The notes under the pieces: model-generated
Told to the model about the DNA's origin: nothing
The model's database searches: none
Seen by the model: only the letters and a program-made list of their open reading frames with translations
Part shown: positions 47,517 to 56,621 of the stretch, one piece after another
Layout of the letters: the number at the start of each line of letters is the position of its first letter
Numbering within the stretch: position 1 is the stretch's first letter
DNA from: an uncultured virus (IMG/VR IMGVR_UViG_3300009455_000007)
Lineage: Duplodnaviria > Heunggongvirae > Uroviricota > Caudoviricetes
DNA: 64,000 nt
Virus record (IMG/VR): IMGVR_UViG_3300009455_000007
Direction: 5' to 3' (one strand)
Translations under genes and position numbers: made by a program

Positions 47517-47754
47517 TTCGGGCTGCCTCTTGGTTCTTGGTTTGCGCGCGGCTGACACCGGCGTCGATGGCAGCCTGGTCGCGCATGTTGTCGGTGACCA
47601 GGCCATCGTACTTCTTGCCCTGGTTCTGCAGGGTGGTCACCTGGCCCTTGACGTTGCGGAACTCCCACCATGCAGCCACGCGGCTGCGTGTGCTCCACCC
47701 AATCAGCAGGAGGATCACGGCGAGGATAGTGATGCCCCACAGCTTCGGAGTCAT
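47371..47754 (-). CDS. i-spanin (Rz-like)
   Basis: N-terminal TM helix then helical domain; ATGA-coupled to the endolysin. Confidence 0.75.
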   Translation of the reverse strand: MTPKLWGITILAVILLLIGWSTRSRVAAWWEFRNVKGQVTTLQNQGKKYDGLVTDNMRDQAAIDAGVSRAQTKNQEAARNAPSYRAYLDRPLPDASLQLYRNAAEAIAAAQRAGTDDAGAAADTEDR

Positions 47755-48422
47755 GCGCGTGCGCGGATCATGATGTAGTCCGCCTCCTGGTTGCGGCGTG
47801 CGATCAGGCCCTTGCCTAGCTTGGAGCCGCGCCAGATGCGCTCCATCTTCCGGATCTGGTTGGCCGTGCACGCGTGGTCGCGCGCGGGGAAGCACACGTC
47901 GCGGATGTGGCGCATCTCCAAGCGGTCTTTGCCGACCATGTTCCCGCCGCGGTTGTAGACCAGGTCGAGGATCATGTCGATGACCGCCTGGTCCTGGTCC
48001 TGCAGCCCGGGGAACGACCGGCGCGCGATGTTGTAGTAGCGGATCAGCGTCGGGTCGCGGAAGACCTGCATGGCCATGGGCAGCGGCGTGATGATCCACG
48101 CGCGGCGCTTGGCCAGGTTGCCTGCCGACTGGCCCTTGAACCCAGACATGGCGGCGAGATAACCACGGTGCGGGTGCATGTGCCAGTCGGCCAGGATCCG
48201 CTCGACCGAGTTGTGGCCCAGGTCGTAGCCGATGCCGATCGTGACACCGGACGCGCTGTTGCCCGGCCAGATCGGCATCTGGTACCTGCGGGTGTACAGC
48301 TCCGGACCGCCGACCTCCCAGCGCGCGATGAATTTCTCGCCCGCCGGCGATACGACCGCCCGAGACTGCGCGGACGCGTAGCCGGAGAGGATCAGCAGCA
48401 GGAGGACGAAGAGGGCGCGCAT
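47751..48422 (-). CDS. endolysin (lysozyme-like) with N-terminal signal peptide
   Basis: MRALFVLLLLILSGYASA-Q; WE..WPG..SGVTIGIGYDLG; LVYNRG; GL..RR..EA. Confidence 0.85.
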   Translation of the reverse strand: MRALFVLLLLILSGYASAQSRAVVSPAGEKFIARWEVGGPELYTRRYQMPIWPGNSASGVTIGIGYDLGHNSVERILADWHMHPHRGYLAAMSGFKGQSAGNLAKRRAWIITPLPMAMQVFRDPTLIRYYNIARRSFPGLQDQDQAVIDMILDLVYNRGGNMVGKDRLEMRHIRDVCFPARDHACTANQIRKMERIWRGSKLGKGLIARRNQEADYIMIRARA

Positions 48423-48832
48423 CAGCCGAAGACCACCCGGTACCAGAAGTAGAAGCACAGGGCCCACACGCCGATGTCGACCAGGCGCGTGTACAGCAGC
48501 AGCTCCTTCTGCTCGAACGACACCGAGGCCTCGATCATGTACCGGTGGGCCTCCACGATCTCCTCGGGGGCGAACACGTGGTCGTAGGTGCGCTTCGTCA
48601 GCCAGGAGCTGAAGCAGATGATGATGCCGCCGACCAGGTTGACGATCATGGCGTTGAGCTGGCCCAGGCCGTCGATGCCGCTGGTCGGGTCGAGCTGCGG
48701 GAACAGCCAGCGGGTCAGGAACACCATGCCGATCGCCGGCGGCAGCCAGAAGATGATCTCCTGGTATGCCTTGAGCAGGGCCTTGATGCGGTCCTTGTGG
48801 GCCTTGAGGAAATTGATGATCGGCTTCTTCAA
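48422..48832 (-). CDS. putative holin
   Basis: AGGAG SD + TTG start; three hydrophobic segments; directly upstream of the endolysin. Confidence 0.7.
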   Translation of the reverse strand: MKKPIINFLKAHKDRIKALLKAYQEIIFWLPPAIGMVFLTRWLFPQLDPTSGIDGLGQLNAMIVNLVGGIIICFSSWLTKRTYDHVFAPEEIVEAHRYMIEASVSFEQKELLLYTRLVDIGVWALCFYFWYRVVFG

Positions 48833-49527
48833 TGTGATTCTCCTACTACGTTGCGGCGGATGACCCCCACCCACTTCACGACTGGGCCGTTGTGCGCTTC
48901 GCGCACCGGCGTGGCCGAACAGATCACGTCGAACTCATGCCCGGCCACGTCGCGCATGCGGTAGTTCAGGACGAACTCGCGCATGTCCTCGATGCAGGAC
49001 TCCCACTCGCGGCGCACCATGTCGCGGTCGGCGAAGACGATGGCGTTGATCCAGCCGGTGCCGCCGAGCTCCTTGTCGGAGCGGTTGGTCCATTTCTGGT
49101 ACGTAGCGTTGGTATAGACGTGGTTGCCGTTGGCGTCGCACTCGAAGACCCCGAACATGCCCATGCCGTCCCACTGCGCGCGCGTGCTGTTGATGAAGAG
49201 GGTCAGGGCGACTTCGGTCCGCTTGGCGGTGTCCCTGGTGGTGTTGACTGCGTCGCGCAGCGAGCTCCCGCCGTTCGGCCGGACCTCGTGCAGAACCTGG
49301 CGCATGGTCTCGTCCATGCTGTTGAACTTCTGGATCATGGGGATGTAGTCGGGCAGGGCCGACAGGGCAGCGACGCCGCTGAAGAACCTACCGACCGACT
49401 TGGCTGCGCTGGTGATCAATGGCCATCCCCATTTCTTGAACCCAAGAGCCGTAAGTAGCGTGACGATCAAGAGCAGGAGCTCGCCGGCCGCACTCAACTT
49501 CGAAAACCATGCGGACATCGAGTCCAT
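48829..49527 (-). CDS. membrane-anchored PAS-domain protein in the lysis cassette
   Basis: TM LLLLIVTLLTALGF; EVRPNGGSSLRDAV; PAS pattern GVFECDANG..Y.N..G.GW..I..DR..V..W..F..YR..G..A.P..G..W.G. Confidence 0.85.
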   Translation of the reverse strand: MDSMSAWFSKLSAAGELLLLIVTLLTALGFKKWGWPLITSAAKSVGRFFSGVAALSALPDYIPMIQKFNSMDETMRQVLHEVRPNGGSSLRDAVNTTRDTAKRTEVALTLFINSTRAQWDGMGMFGVFECDANGNHVYTNATYQKWTNRSDKELGGTGWINAIVFADRDMVRREWESCIEDMREFVLNYRMRDVAGHEFDVICSATPVREAHNGPVVKWVGVIRRNVVGESH

Positions 49528-49560
49528 GCTGTATCCCTCCCTTCGCCCCGTACCGGGGCA

Positions 49561-50217
49561 TTACCACGAGAACTGCATACCCCGATATTTGTGCTCGCGT
49601 TGTCCTTTCTCACCCTTGGCCATGAAGCAGTACTGCTCGAACTCGGCTTTGTACTGCGTTGCCCGGCCGCGGTCGTACGTCTCGGCATCCGGCTTCATGT
49701 GCGCCAGGTAGCGCGCCCACTTGAGGATGGCGATGTGGTGCTGCTCGTCGATCTCCAGGTCCTGCCCCGAGCCTTCGATCTCCTCCAGCGGGAGCCGGTA
49801 GACGATCAGGCTGAGGGTGGCGTCCTCGGTCGGCGTGTTGATCACGCGGACCTGGTTCGGCTCCATGCCAACGACGAGCTTGTTCACGACGCCGGGGGTG
49901 TCGGTGAACAGGGGCAAGCCCTTGCTGTCGTCGAACTCCAGGTCCTCGAAGTTGACGATCTCGATCTTCTTGCCGTCGGCGTTGAACGCCGCGCGCAGCT
50001 TCAGTACGAGCGGAGACAGGGTCGCGAAGCGCTCGCCTGCCACCAGTTCCATGCGGGCGACTTCGCTGGTGGCGTCGGCGAGCCCACCGGTGAGGCGGCA
50101 GAACATCTTCTGCGCCTCATCGATGTACCTGTACAGCTCCGCGTCGCTCCAGAGGTACGTCTGTACCGTGTCCCGGAGGTCGAGGCGGAGCTGATCGAGC
50201 AGGTCGCCGCTTTCCAT
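49561..50217 (-). CDS. head-tail adaptor protein
   Basis: D..YLWSD.EL..YI.EAQ..FCR; position after capsid genes. Confidence 0.7.
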   Translation of the reverse strand: MESGDLLDQLRLDLRDTVQTYLWSDAELYRYIDEAQKMFCRLTGGLADATSEVARMELVAGERFATLSPLVLKLRAAFNADGKKIEIVNFEDLEFDDSKGLPLFTDTPGVVNKLVVGMEPNQVRVINTPTEDATLSLIVYRLPLEEIEGSGQDLEIDEQHHIAILKWARYLAHMKPDAETYDRGRATQYKAEFEQYCFMAKGEKGQREHKYRGMQFSW

Positions 50218-50621
50218 CAGCTGTTCTTTTCGGCCTCGATGCGGTCAGCGCGGCGCTGCCAGGCCTTGGCGACATCCTTGGCCGACACCTTGAAACCGCA
50301 CTCGCGGCTGACGGCGTCCGCCTTCGGCGAGCTGGCCGCGGTGAAATCGTCGACGTCGTTGCGCTCGACGATCGCCTCGATTGCGGCGTCGATGCGCGCC
50401 TCACGCTCGACCGGATCGATCGGCTCGTGGTTGCCTTCCTCGGCCGGCGCCGCCAGGCCCTCGCCGTCGACGAACTCGCCGCCGATCGCCAGGATCTCGC
50501 CGTAGAGCAGCGGCGGCACGCTGGTCGGCTCGCCCTTGATGAACCTGATCGAGTGGCCAAGCAGCGACGTATGGATGTAGGTCCGGTTGAGCTTCATCTT
50601 GCGGTTGGCCTTCTTCGCCAT
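50217..50621 (-). CDS. hypothetical protein
   Basis: GGAG SD; DFTA..P..V..GF.V. Confidence 0.7.
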   Translation of the reverse strand: MAKKANRKMKLNRTYIHTSLLGHSIRFIKGEPTSVPPLLYGEILAIGGEFVDGEGLAAPAEEGNHEPIDPVEREARIDAAIEAIVERNDVDDFTAASSPKADAVSRECGFKVSAKDVAKAWQRRADRIEAEKNS

Positions 50622-50641
50622 TTCCTCTCTCCGTGGTTAGA

Positions 50642-50670
50642 GAAAAGGGGGCCTTGGAGGCCCCCTTTTC
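50642..50670 (-). terminator. terminator after capsid genes
   Basis: GAAAAGGGGGCCT/AGGCCCCCTTTTC inverted repeat. Confidence 0.8.
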
Positions 50671-50699
50671 CGTTGGGTCAACTACTCGTTTCCCCCGGA

Positions 50700-51161
50700 T
50701 TAGGCCGGGTTGACTTCCCGGCCACCGCGCCCGTCCTTCTTGTACAGGACGGTGATGCGGAACTTGCCGGCCGTCGCGTTGGCCGCCGTGGAGGCGATGG
50801 TCAGGCGGATCGGCGACCCGTCGGCGCTGCCCAGTGCCGAGGTCAGCAACAGAGCGTAGCGGGTGTTGTCCGCGGCCTTGAGGTCGGAGGCCGCCAGGTA
50901 GATCGCGTCCGAGGCCGCGGTACCCAGCTTGACGGTGTACGCAGTCGGGCCGGCGCCCTGGTCTTCGACCACCAGGTGGCCGCCGAGGATCTCGGCGCCC
51001 ACCGGCAGGTTGATCGCGTCCAGGATGAGGGCGTCGGTGTACACGGAGCCGAAGGTCTTGCTGGCGCCGGTGACCGAGTCGACCGCGGTGTCGTTGAATT
51101 TGAAGATGAATTCCGCGCAGAGGACGTCCTGCGAGGTGCGAGTTGCGGCGAGCAATGCCAT
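50700..51161 (-). CDS. capsid decoration / cement protein
   Basis: Beta-rich 153 aa directly after the major capsid gene. Confidence 0.65.
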   Translation of the reverse strand: MALLAATRTSQDVLCAEFIFKFNDTAVDSVTGASKTFGSVYTDALILDAINLPVGAEILGGHLVVEDQGAGPTAYTVKLGTAASDAIYLAASDLKAADNTRYALLLTSALGSADGSPIRLTIASTAANATAGKFRITVLYKKDGRGGREVNPA

Positions 51162-51173
51162 GATCGTTCTCCC

Positions 51174-52289
51174 TTACTGCGCGCAGTAGATCGACAGCAC
51201 ACCGAAGTCCTGCACGGTGTTCGCCGAGTAGATGCTGTTGAACCGCGGCTTCAGGAAGCCCAGGATCTTGGCCACGGAGATACCCTGCTGGTTCTCGTAG
51301 TCGAAGCCTTCTTCCACCCACTCGGGGTTGCCGATGTCCGCCATCGCCAGCGCCTGGGCGCCGCAGAAGAGGACCTGGCAGCCGTCGACGAGGTTGCCGG
51401 CGCCCCACTTGCCCACGCCGCTGGTCGCGCCGGAGGTGTTGTAGACGTTGCGGTACTCGTGGATGTGCAGGCCGTCGACCTTGACGCTCGAGCCCGAGAA
51501 CAGGGCGTTGTCGCTGCTGCGTGCCTGGGCGTGGCGCAGGTTCTGCATGTACATGTCGTCCAGCTTCAGCTTGGCCATGGCCTGCGGGGTCATGAAGACG
51601 TGGAACGTCTCCTCACCACCCTCGCCCTTCACGCCGCGCATGTACTGGTCCTTGGCGTACGCCTTGGCCTGCACCAGCATCTTCCACGACGGGGTGTCGT
51701 CAGCCTCAACCGAGGAGGTCGCGCCGTTGACGTCGAAGCGGGAGTTGGTGTTGTCCCAGCGCAGCTTGCGCTGGCTGGTCGGCGCGGTGACGTCGGCGGC
51801 GAACTCCAGGTCCGGCAGGCTCGAGCCGGTACGGGCGACGCCGTTGTTGCGCATGCTGTAGCTGACGCCCGACAGGGTCAGGAAGGCCAGCTGGTCCATG
51901 CGCTCGGCCAGCCAGTAGGCCAGGACGTCGCGGCTGTTGTTGCGGAACTCGACGATCGACTTCTGGTCGGCCATGCGGCCTTCGTGGCGGTTGGCGTGAC
52001 GCATCTGGTCGATGCGGATCACCTGGTCGTAGGCCTTCATCGCCTCCTCGTTGCCTTCGAGGGTGCGATCGCCCACGACGCCGTCACCTTCGAGGTCGGC
52101 GAGCAGGGTGATCACGGCTCGCGCGCCCTTCTCGGACTTCTTGAGCTCGGTGATCTGCTGGACGAGGGAGTTCGGGCCCTTGCCGAGGAACGGCTTCAGG
52201 AACGAGTAGTTGCGGGCCTGCTTCCACAGATCCATCGACCATACGGTCTTCTGTTCGGTGGTGAGCGCGGCAAAATTGGTCAGTGCCAT
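51174..52289 (-). CDS. major capsid protein (N4-gp56 / DUF4043-like)
   Basis: ITELKKS.KG, LEGNEE, IDQ.RHA, GAQAL, DFGV; follows scaffold. Confidence 0.9.
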   Translation of the reverse strand: MALTNFAALTTEQKTVWSMDLWKQARNYSFLKPFLGKGPNSLVQQITELKKSEKGARAVITLLADLEGDGVVGDRTLEGNEEAMKAYDQVIRIDQMRHANRHEGRMADQKSIVEFRNNSRDVLAYWLAERMDQLAFLTLSGVSYSMRNNGVARTGSSLPDLEFAADVTAPTSQRKLRWDNTNSRFDVNGATSSVEADDTPSWKMLVQAKAYAKDQYMRGVKGEGGEETFHVFMTPQAMAKLKLDDMYMQNLRHAQARSSDNALFSGSSVKVDGLHIHEYRNVYNTSGATSGVGKWGAGNLVDGCQVLFCGAQALAMADIGNPEWVEEGFDYENQQGISVAKILGFLKPRFNSIYSANTVQDFGVLSIYCAQ

Positions 52290-52470
52290 GGGAGTGTCGA
52301 CCTCCGGGTCGAGAAATCTGGGGAAAGAGTCGGTTCTGGTTGCCGGTCTGTCGCGTCGGCGCGCGGAAGCGACTTTTTAGGAGGTCGTACTCCGCGGCCG
52401 CTTTCGTGTGCCGCGAACGAGTTATGGCTCGAACTCTGCACCCGGCTTTTTCGTTTGTAAAGGGGTAGGG

Positions 52471-52929
52471 CTACTTTTTCGAGGCCTCAGCCCCGAGGTT
52501 CGTCGCCGCCATGGAGCTGGCCGCGAGTTCCTTCGCACGCATGGAAGCCTCGACCTGGCGCTTGTACATCTCGAGCTGCGCCTACTGCGATTGGACCTGG
52601 GCGTGGTATTTCGCAGCGAGGATGGAAGCGGACGGGGGAGAGGGGACCTCACCGCTGTAGTTCGTCGGCTGAGCCGCGGCGCGGATGCGAGCCGAAACGA
52701 TGGCGCCGACCTGGCCGGCGATCTTCTCGCGCATGATGTCCCACTGCACCTGGTTCGGCGGGGTGTCGTTCAGCACGTCGATCACGCCGTTGAGCCACAG
52801 GACGAAGTTCGTCGGGGTCATGGACGTGGAATCCATGGGCTCGGGCGCGACGGCGCTTTCCTTGGCAGACATGTCGGCGGTGAACGGGCCGGCGCTGAAT
52901 GTGGCGCTTGAGAGGGGGGTGCTGGCCAT
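52471..52929 (-). CDS. hypothetical ORF with in-frame TAG at 52582-52584
   Basis: 115 codons, TAG, then 36 further in-frame codons with coding-like bias. Confidence 0.55.
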
Positions 52930-52973
52930 GGGGCTCGCTCTGAGGGTGGGACAGGAGCCCCGATCTTGCCATG

Positions 52974-53008
52974 AAAAAGGCCCCCTGGAGCTGGCTCCAG
53001 GGGGCCTT
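52974..53008 (-). terminator. terminator after scaffold gene
   Basis: AAGGCCCCCTGGAGC/GCTCCAGGGGGCCTT stem with T run on the minus strand. Confidence 0.8.
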
Positions 53009-53019
53009 CCGACCAGCGG

Positions 53020-54090
53020 TCAGGCCAGGACGTCGCCGCGCAGCTTCGCCAGGGTGTCCTCGTCCAGCTTGGCGAACTTCTCCTGGTCCAGCTTCATCAC
53101 GTCGATGGTGCTGTCGCGGGCGCCGGCCTTGTCGTTGTCCGCGCCGGCCTTGCTGGTGTCCGGCGGCTGCTGCTTGTCGGCCGCGGCCGCCTTCTCGCGC
53201 GCTGCCTTCTCCCGGGCGGCCCGCAGGGTCTCGGCCGCCGCGTCCTTGCCAGCGTCCTTCTTCGCCGCCGGCGAGCCCATCACGTACCGGACCGACTTCT
53301 CCAGCGCCGCCTGACGGGTGAGGCCGCTGTTCACGAACATGGCCATCATCTCGGCCACCTCGTCCGCCTTGGCGTCGTTGAAGGCTTCCTTGTTGTCCGG
53401 GTTCAGCTCCGGGTAGTCGCCTTCGACCTTGGCCAGGGCGGCCTCGTACTTCAGGGCGTCGATCGTCTGGGCCCGCGTCGCGCTGCTGGAGGCCGCCACC
53501 TTCTGGTCGGTGTAGGTCTCGCGCAGGGTGTCGAGCTCCTTGCGCACCGCCTTGGCCTCGTCCTTCTCGCCGGCGAACACGTGGGCCTCGTACTTGTCCT
53601 GCAGCTCGCTGATCTGCGTGCGCATCTCGGCCAGGACGTCCTTGCGCTGCTGCGCCGGCTCCTTGCCTTTCTCCAGCTCCTGGATCCGGGCCACCAGCTG
53701 GGCTTCCCGGGTGCGGGCGGCCTCGACGATCTTCTCGTGGCGGTCCAGCGGGATGCGGGTGCGCTTCTTGGCGGCGGCCGCGGCCTCCTCGGCCTCGCGC
53801 GCTGCCTTCTCCTCGGCGGTCTCCTCTTCAGCTTCCTCGGCCAGCTCGTCGGCGGTCTTGCCCTCGCCGGCCTTGGCGGCGTCCGCCGCAGCCTTGTCCG
53901 CGGCGGCCTTGTCGGCCGCGGCCTGGTCGGCGGCGATCTTGTCGGCCGCGGCCTGGGCTGCAGCGTCCGCGCCGGTGGGCTGGAAGTCGTCGCCGCGGTC
54001 CTCCCCCCCGCCGCCGGCGCCGATGCTGTAGTCCTCGTGACCGAGGGTGATGGTGAGCGGCTGGCGCTCGAACTTGTGGTTATGGCGCAT
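53020..54090 (-). CDS. capsid scaffolding protein
   Basis: Ala/Glu/Lys-rich, IP..R motif, ends LRGD; between portal and capsid genes. Confidence 0.8.
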   Translation of the reverse strand: MRHNHKFERQPLTITLGHEDYSIGAGGGGEDRGDDFQPTGADAAAQAAADKIAADQAAADKAAADKAAADAAKAGEGKTADELAEEAEEETAEEKAAREAEEAAAAAKKRTRIPLDRHEKIVEAARTREAQLVARIQELEKGKEPAQQRKDVLAEMRTQISELQDKYEAHVFAGEKDEAKAVRKELDTLRETYTDQKVAASSSATRAQTIDALKYEAALAKVEGDYPELNPDNKEAFNDAKADEVAEMMAMFVNSGLTRQAALEKSVRYVMGSPAAKKDAGKDAAAETLRAAREKAAREKAAAADKQQPPDTSKAGADNDKAGARDSTIDVMKLDQEKFAKLDEDTLAKLRGDVLA

Positions 54091-56200
54091 TGCTCTTTGC
54101 TCCGTCTGCCGTGGGTTTGTTGGCCGTGGCGATGGCCACAGCCTGTTGGGTACGTGCCTGTTCCTGCTTGATCTGGATGTCGGCCGCCATCTGCTCCCGC
54201 TTCATCTGGATCTCGGCCGCCATCTTTTCGCGGGCCATCTGCAGCTCGGCCTCCATCTTCCGCTCTTCGAGGGCGAGCTCGGCCTCCATCTTCCGGATCT
54301 CGGCAGCCTGCTGCATCTCGCTGTCGCCCCCGTTCGCCTCGGCCTGGGCCTTGGCGTGGGCCAGGGCGGCGTCGCCTTCGAGCTTGGACACCTGGGCCAT
54401 CTTGCCGCGGCGCTCGATCTCGCGCGCTTCCTGCGCCTCGGGGCTCTCCTGGTCGCCTTCCATGTCCTTGACGATCGCCGCCTTGTCGCGCAGGCGGGAG
54501 GCCATGATGATGTGCTTGTCCGGGATGGCCACGCCGGCGTCGATGCGCAGGCGCACGGCCTGGTCGAACTGGGAGTCCTCGAACGTGTCGCGCTCCGGGC
54601 TGGAGGTGACCACGATCTCGTACTCGCCCAGCTGCAGGTTGTTGGCGATCTCACCCTCGGGGGTGGGCTCGTTCACCCGCATCTCTTCCTGGGCGTTGGT
54701 CAGCTTGTCGGTGGTGATCCGGATCAGGCGCGGCTCGCTGTAGTGGTCCTGGATCATGCCCAGGGTGCAGCGGGCCAGCAGGAAGTCCGACCGGTTGAGG
54801 TTGTCCATGATCTTGGCGAGGTTGCCGCTGCTGGCCTGCTTGTTCTGGGCGATGGCCTTGGCCGACACGTCTTCGCGCGCGCTGCCCATCTGGTAGTCGG
54901 TCACGCCCGAGATGGTCTTGATGTGCTCCTCGGCCTTGAAGCTGATCCGGTCCAGGCCCGTGGGGGTCTGGTTCGGCACGATCTTCTCGGCGTCTTCCAT
55001 GTTGTCGAGCTCGAGCACCAGGCCGGTCATGGCCCCGCGCTGCTCCAGCTCGGCGATCGACATGTTCTTCGGGCCCGGGCTCTTCACCTTCCAGCCGCTG
55101 TTGGCCGTGGTGTTGACCACGTGCAACTCCTGGCTGGAGACCTTGTTCAGCAGCTCCTGCGGGCCGAGCAGGTTCTCGACCATGCCCAGGGTGCGCCCCC
55201 GCCTGAAGATCGGGAAGAACGGCACCACGGTGAAGCACTTGTAGGGGCTCCAGTCGTCGTGCAGCACCCGGTCGCCGGCGACCACTGTCCAACGCACGCG
55301 GCGGACCAGCTTCTTGGTCACGGTCTCGTTCGGGTGCTCAGCCAGGTACTGCGCCAGCAGATTTCGGTCCTTCAGCATCTCCATCGGCACCTGGCGCATG
55401 TCGCCGGTGGCGATGTCGACAAAGTGCTCGACCTTGTCCAGCTTGCGCCACTGGCGCTCGATCACGCGGATGTTCCGCAGGGTGCTGGAAGCGACGGTGT
55501 CACGCAGGCCGCTGAAGCCGATCGAGAAGTTGCTGCCGAACTTGTCCGTGTTGTCGTCGAAGGCGTCGAACCCGTAGGTGTCGCTGGCCGAGGCCACGCT
55601 GCGCAGGTGCTCGGCGTCCTCCTTCGAGTACAGCAGTTCGATCTGGTCGCCGGTCATCCACTTGGTCGTGATGACGTCGGACCAGCCCTCCGGGTCGTAG
55701 GTGTCGGCGTCGCTGTCGATCAGCACGTTGCGCGGGTTGAGCTGGGTGATCCGGACCTCGCCGCGCAGCGCGTCGCTGAAGTCCAGGCGCACGTCGTAGA
55801 ACCCGCGGCTGGTGATGATCCCATCAGCGAACACGTCCGAGCGCACCCAGGGCAGCTGGTTGTTGTCCGAGATCTGCATGAAGACCTTGGTCAGCGCGTC
55901 AGCGACGGCGCCGGTAGCCCCCTCGTTGCGCGGCCGGAAGTTGATCTCCGAGCGGTTGTAGATCTGCTCACCCAGCACGTTGGCCATGGTGCTGAGGATC
56001 TTGTTGATCGTCAGCGCCGGGCGGCGGTACGCCTTGAGCAGGGCCAGGTCGGTCGGGTCCCACTGCAGGCCGGCGAAGAAATCCTCGCACTTGGCCGCCT
56101 TCTTCATGAAGTCGTAGTGCCCGTTGTCGCGCAGGTACGTGTACCTGTGCCAGGTGTCCATCACGGTCACCCGGTCTTTCATCGCGTCACGCGCCATCAT
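54080..56200 (-). CDS. portal protein (P22/N4-like)
   Basis: G.QW, RP.LTINKI, Q..LNK..S, C-terminal helical barrel repeats. Confidence 0.9.
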   Translation of the reverse strand: MMARDAMKDRVTVMDTWHRYTYLRDNGHYDFMKKAAKCEDFFAGLQWDPTDLALLKAYRRPALTINKILSTMANVLGEQIYNRSEINFRPRNEGATGAVADALTKVFMQISDNNQLPWVRSDVFADGIITSRGFYDVRLDFSDALRGEVRITQLNPRNVLIDSDADTYDPEGWSDVITTKWMTGDQIELLYSKEDAEHLRSVASASDTYGFDAFDDNTDKFGSNFSIGFSGLRDTVASSTLRNIRVIERQWRKLDKVEHFVDIATGDMRQVPMEMLKDRNLLAQYLAEHPNETVTKKLVRRVRWTVVAGDRVLHDDWSPYKCFTVVPFFPIFRRGRTLGMVENLLGPQELLNKVSSQELHVVNTTANSGWKVKSPGPKNMSIAELEQRGAMTGLVLELDNMEDAEKIVPNQTPTGLDRISFKAEEHIKTISGVTDYQMGSAREDVSAKAIAQNKQASSGNLAKIMDNLNRSDFLLARCTLGMIQDHYSEPRLIRITTDKLTNAQEEMRVNEPTPEGEIANNLQLGEYEIVVTSSPERDTFEDSQFDQAVRLRIDAGVAIPDKHIIMASRLRDKAAIVKDMEGDQESPEAQEAREIERRGKMAQVSKLEGDAALAHAKAQAEANGGDSEMQQAAEIRKMEAELALEERKMEAELQMAREKMAAEIQMKREQMAADIQIKQEQARTQQAVAIATANKPTADGAKSNAP

Positions 56201-56402
56201 CTTGCTCCTCGCGCGGGCGCTTCCACCCGGCTTCGATCAGGTATGCCGCCTGCCCCCTGGGCACGTCGAGCGTGTCGGAGTCTGAAGCCAGGCCGAGGAT
56301 CTGCGCCGCGGCGGACTGCATGGCTTCGAAGACAGCCTCGCGGGTGTCGACGAGGTCGCCGGCCTCCAGCTGGATCTCCATCCGTACCTTGATCCTGTTC
56401 AA
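56187..56402 (-). CDS. hypothetical protein
   Basis: GAGG SD, TTG start, coupled. Confidence 0.55.
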   Translation of the reverse strand: MNRIKVRMEIQLEAGDLVDTREAVFEAMQSAAAQILGLASDSDTLDVPRGQAAYLIEAGWKRPREEQDDGA

Positions 56403-56608
56403 TGTCCTCGAGCCTCGCCGTCAGGGTTTTCGTCGGTTACCAGGTCGCACCGGTGCGCTGCTTCGATCCTCGCCAGCCAGTGCGGAAACATGTCGCTCAT
56501 CAGCCGCAGGGTCTTCTCGAACTGGTCCGGGCCGCCGCTGCCGGCCAGGCCGTGCTCGACCCAGCACCCGCAGTTGAGCTGCACCTTCGCCGTGACCTTC
56601 GTCCTCAT
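56399..56608 (-). CDS. small hypothetical protein
   Basis: MRTKVTAK..CGC..H.C. Confidence 0.5.
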   Translation of the reverse strand: MRTKVTAKVQLNCGCWVEHGLAGSGGPDQFEKTLRLMSDMFPHWLARIEAAHRCDLVTDENPDGEARGH

Positions 56609-56621
56609 CCCGTCCATCCGC

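Noticed and set aside
52582..52584. Genome-wide TAG recoding
   Set aside because: Core genes are uninterrupted in code 11, several end at TAG right before the next SD (e.g. 6195, 17329), and there is no suppressor tRNA.
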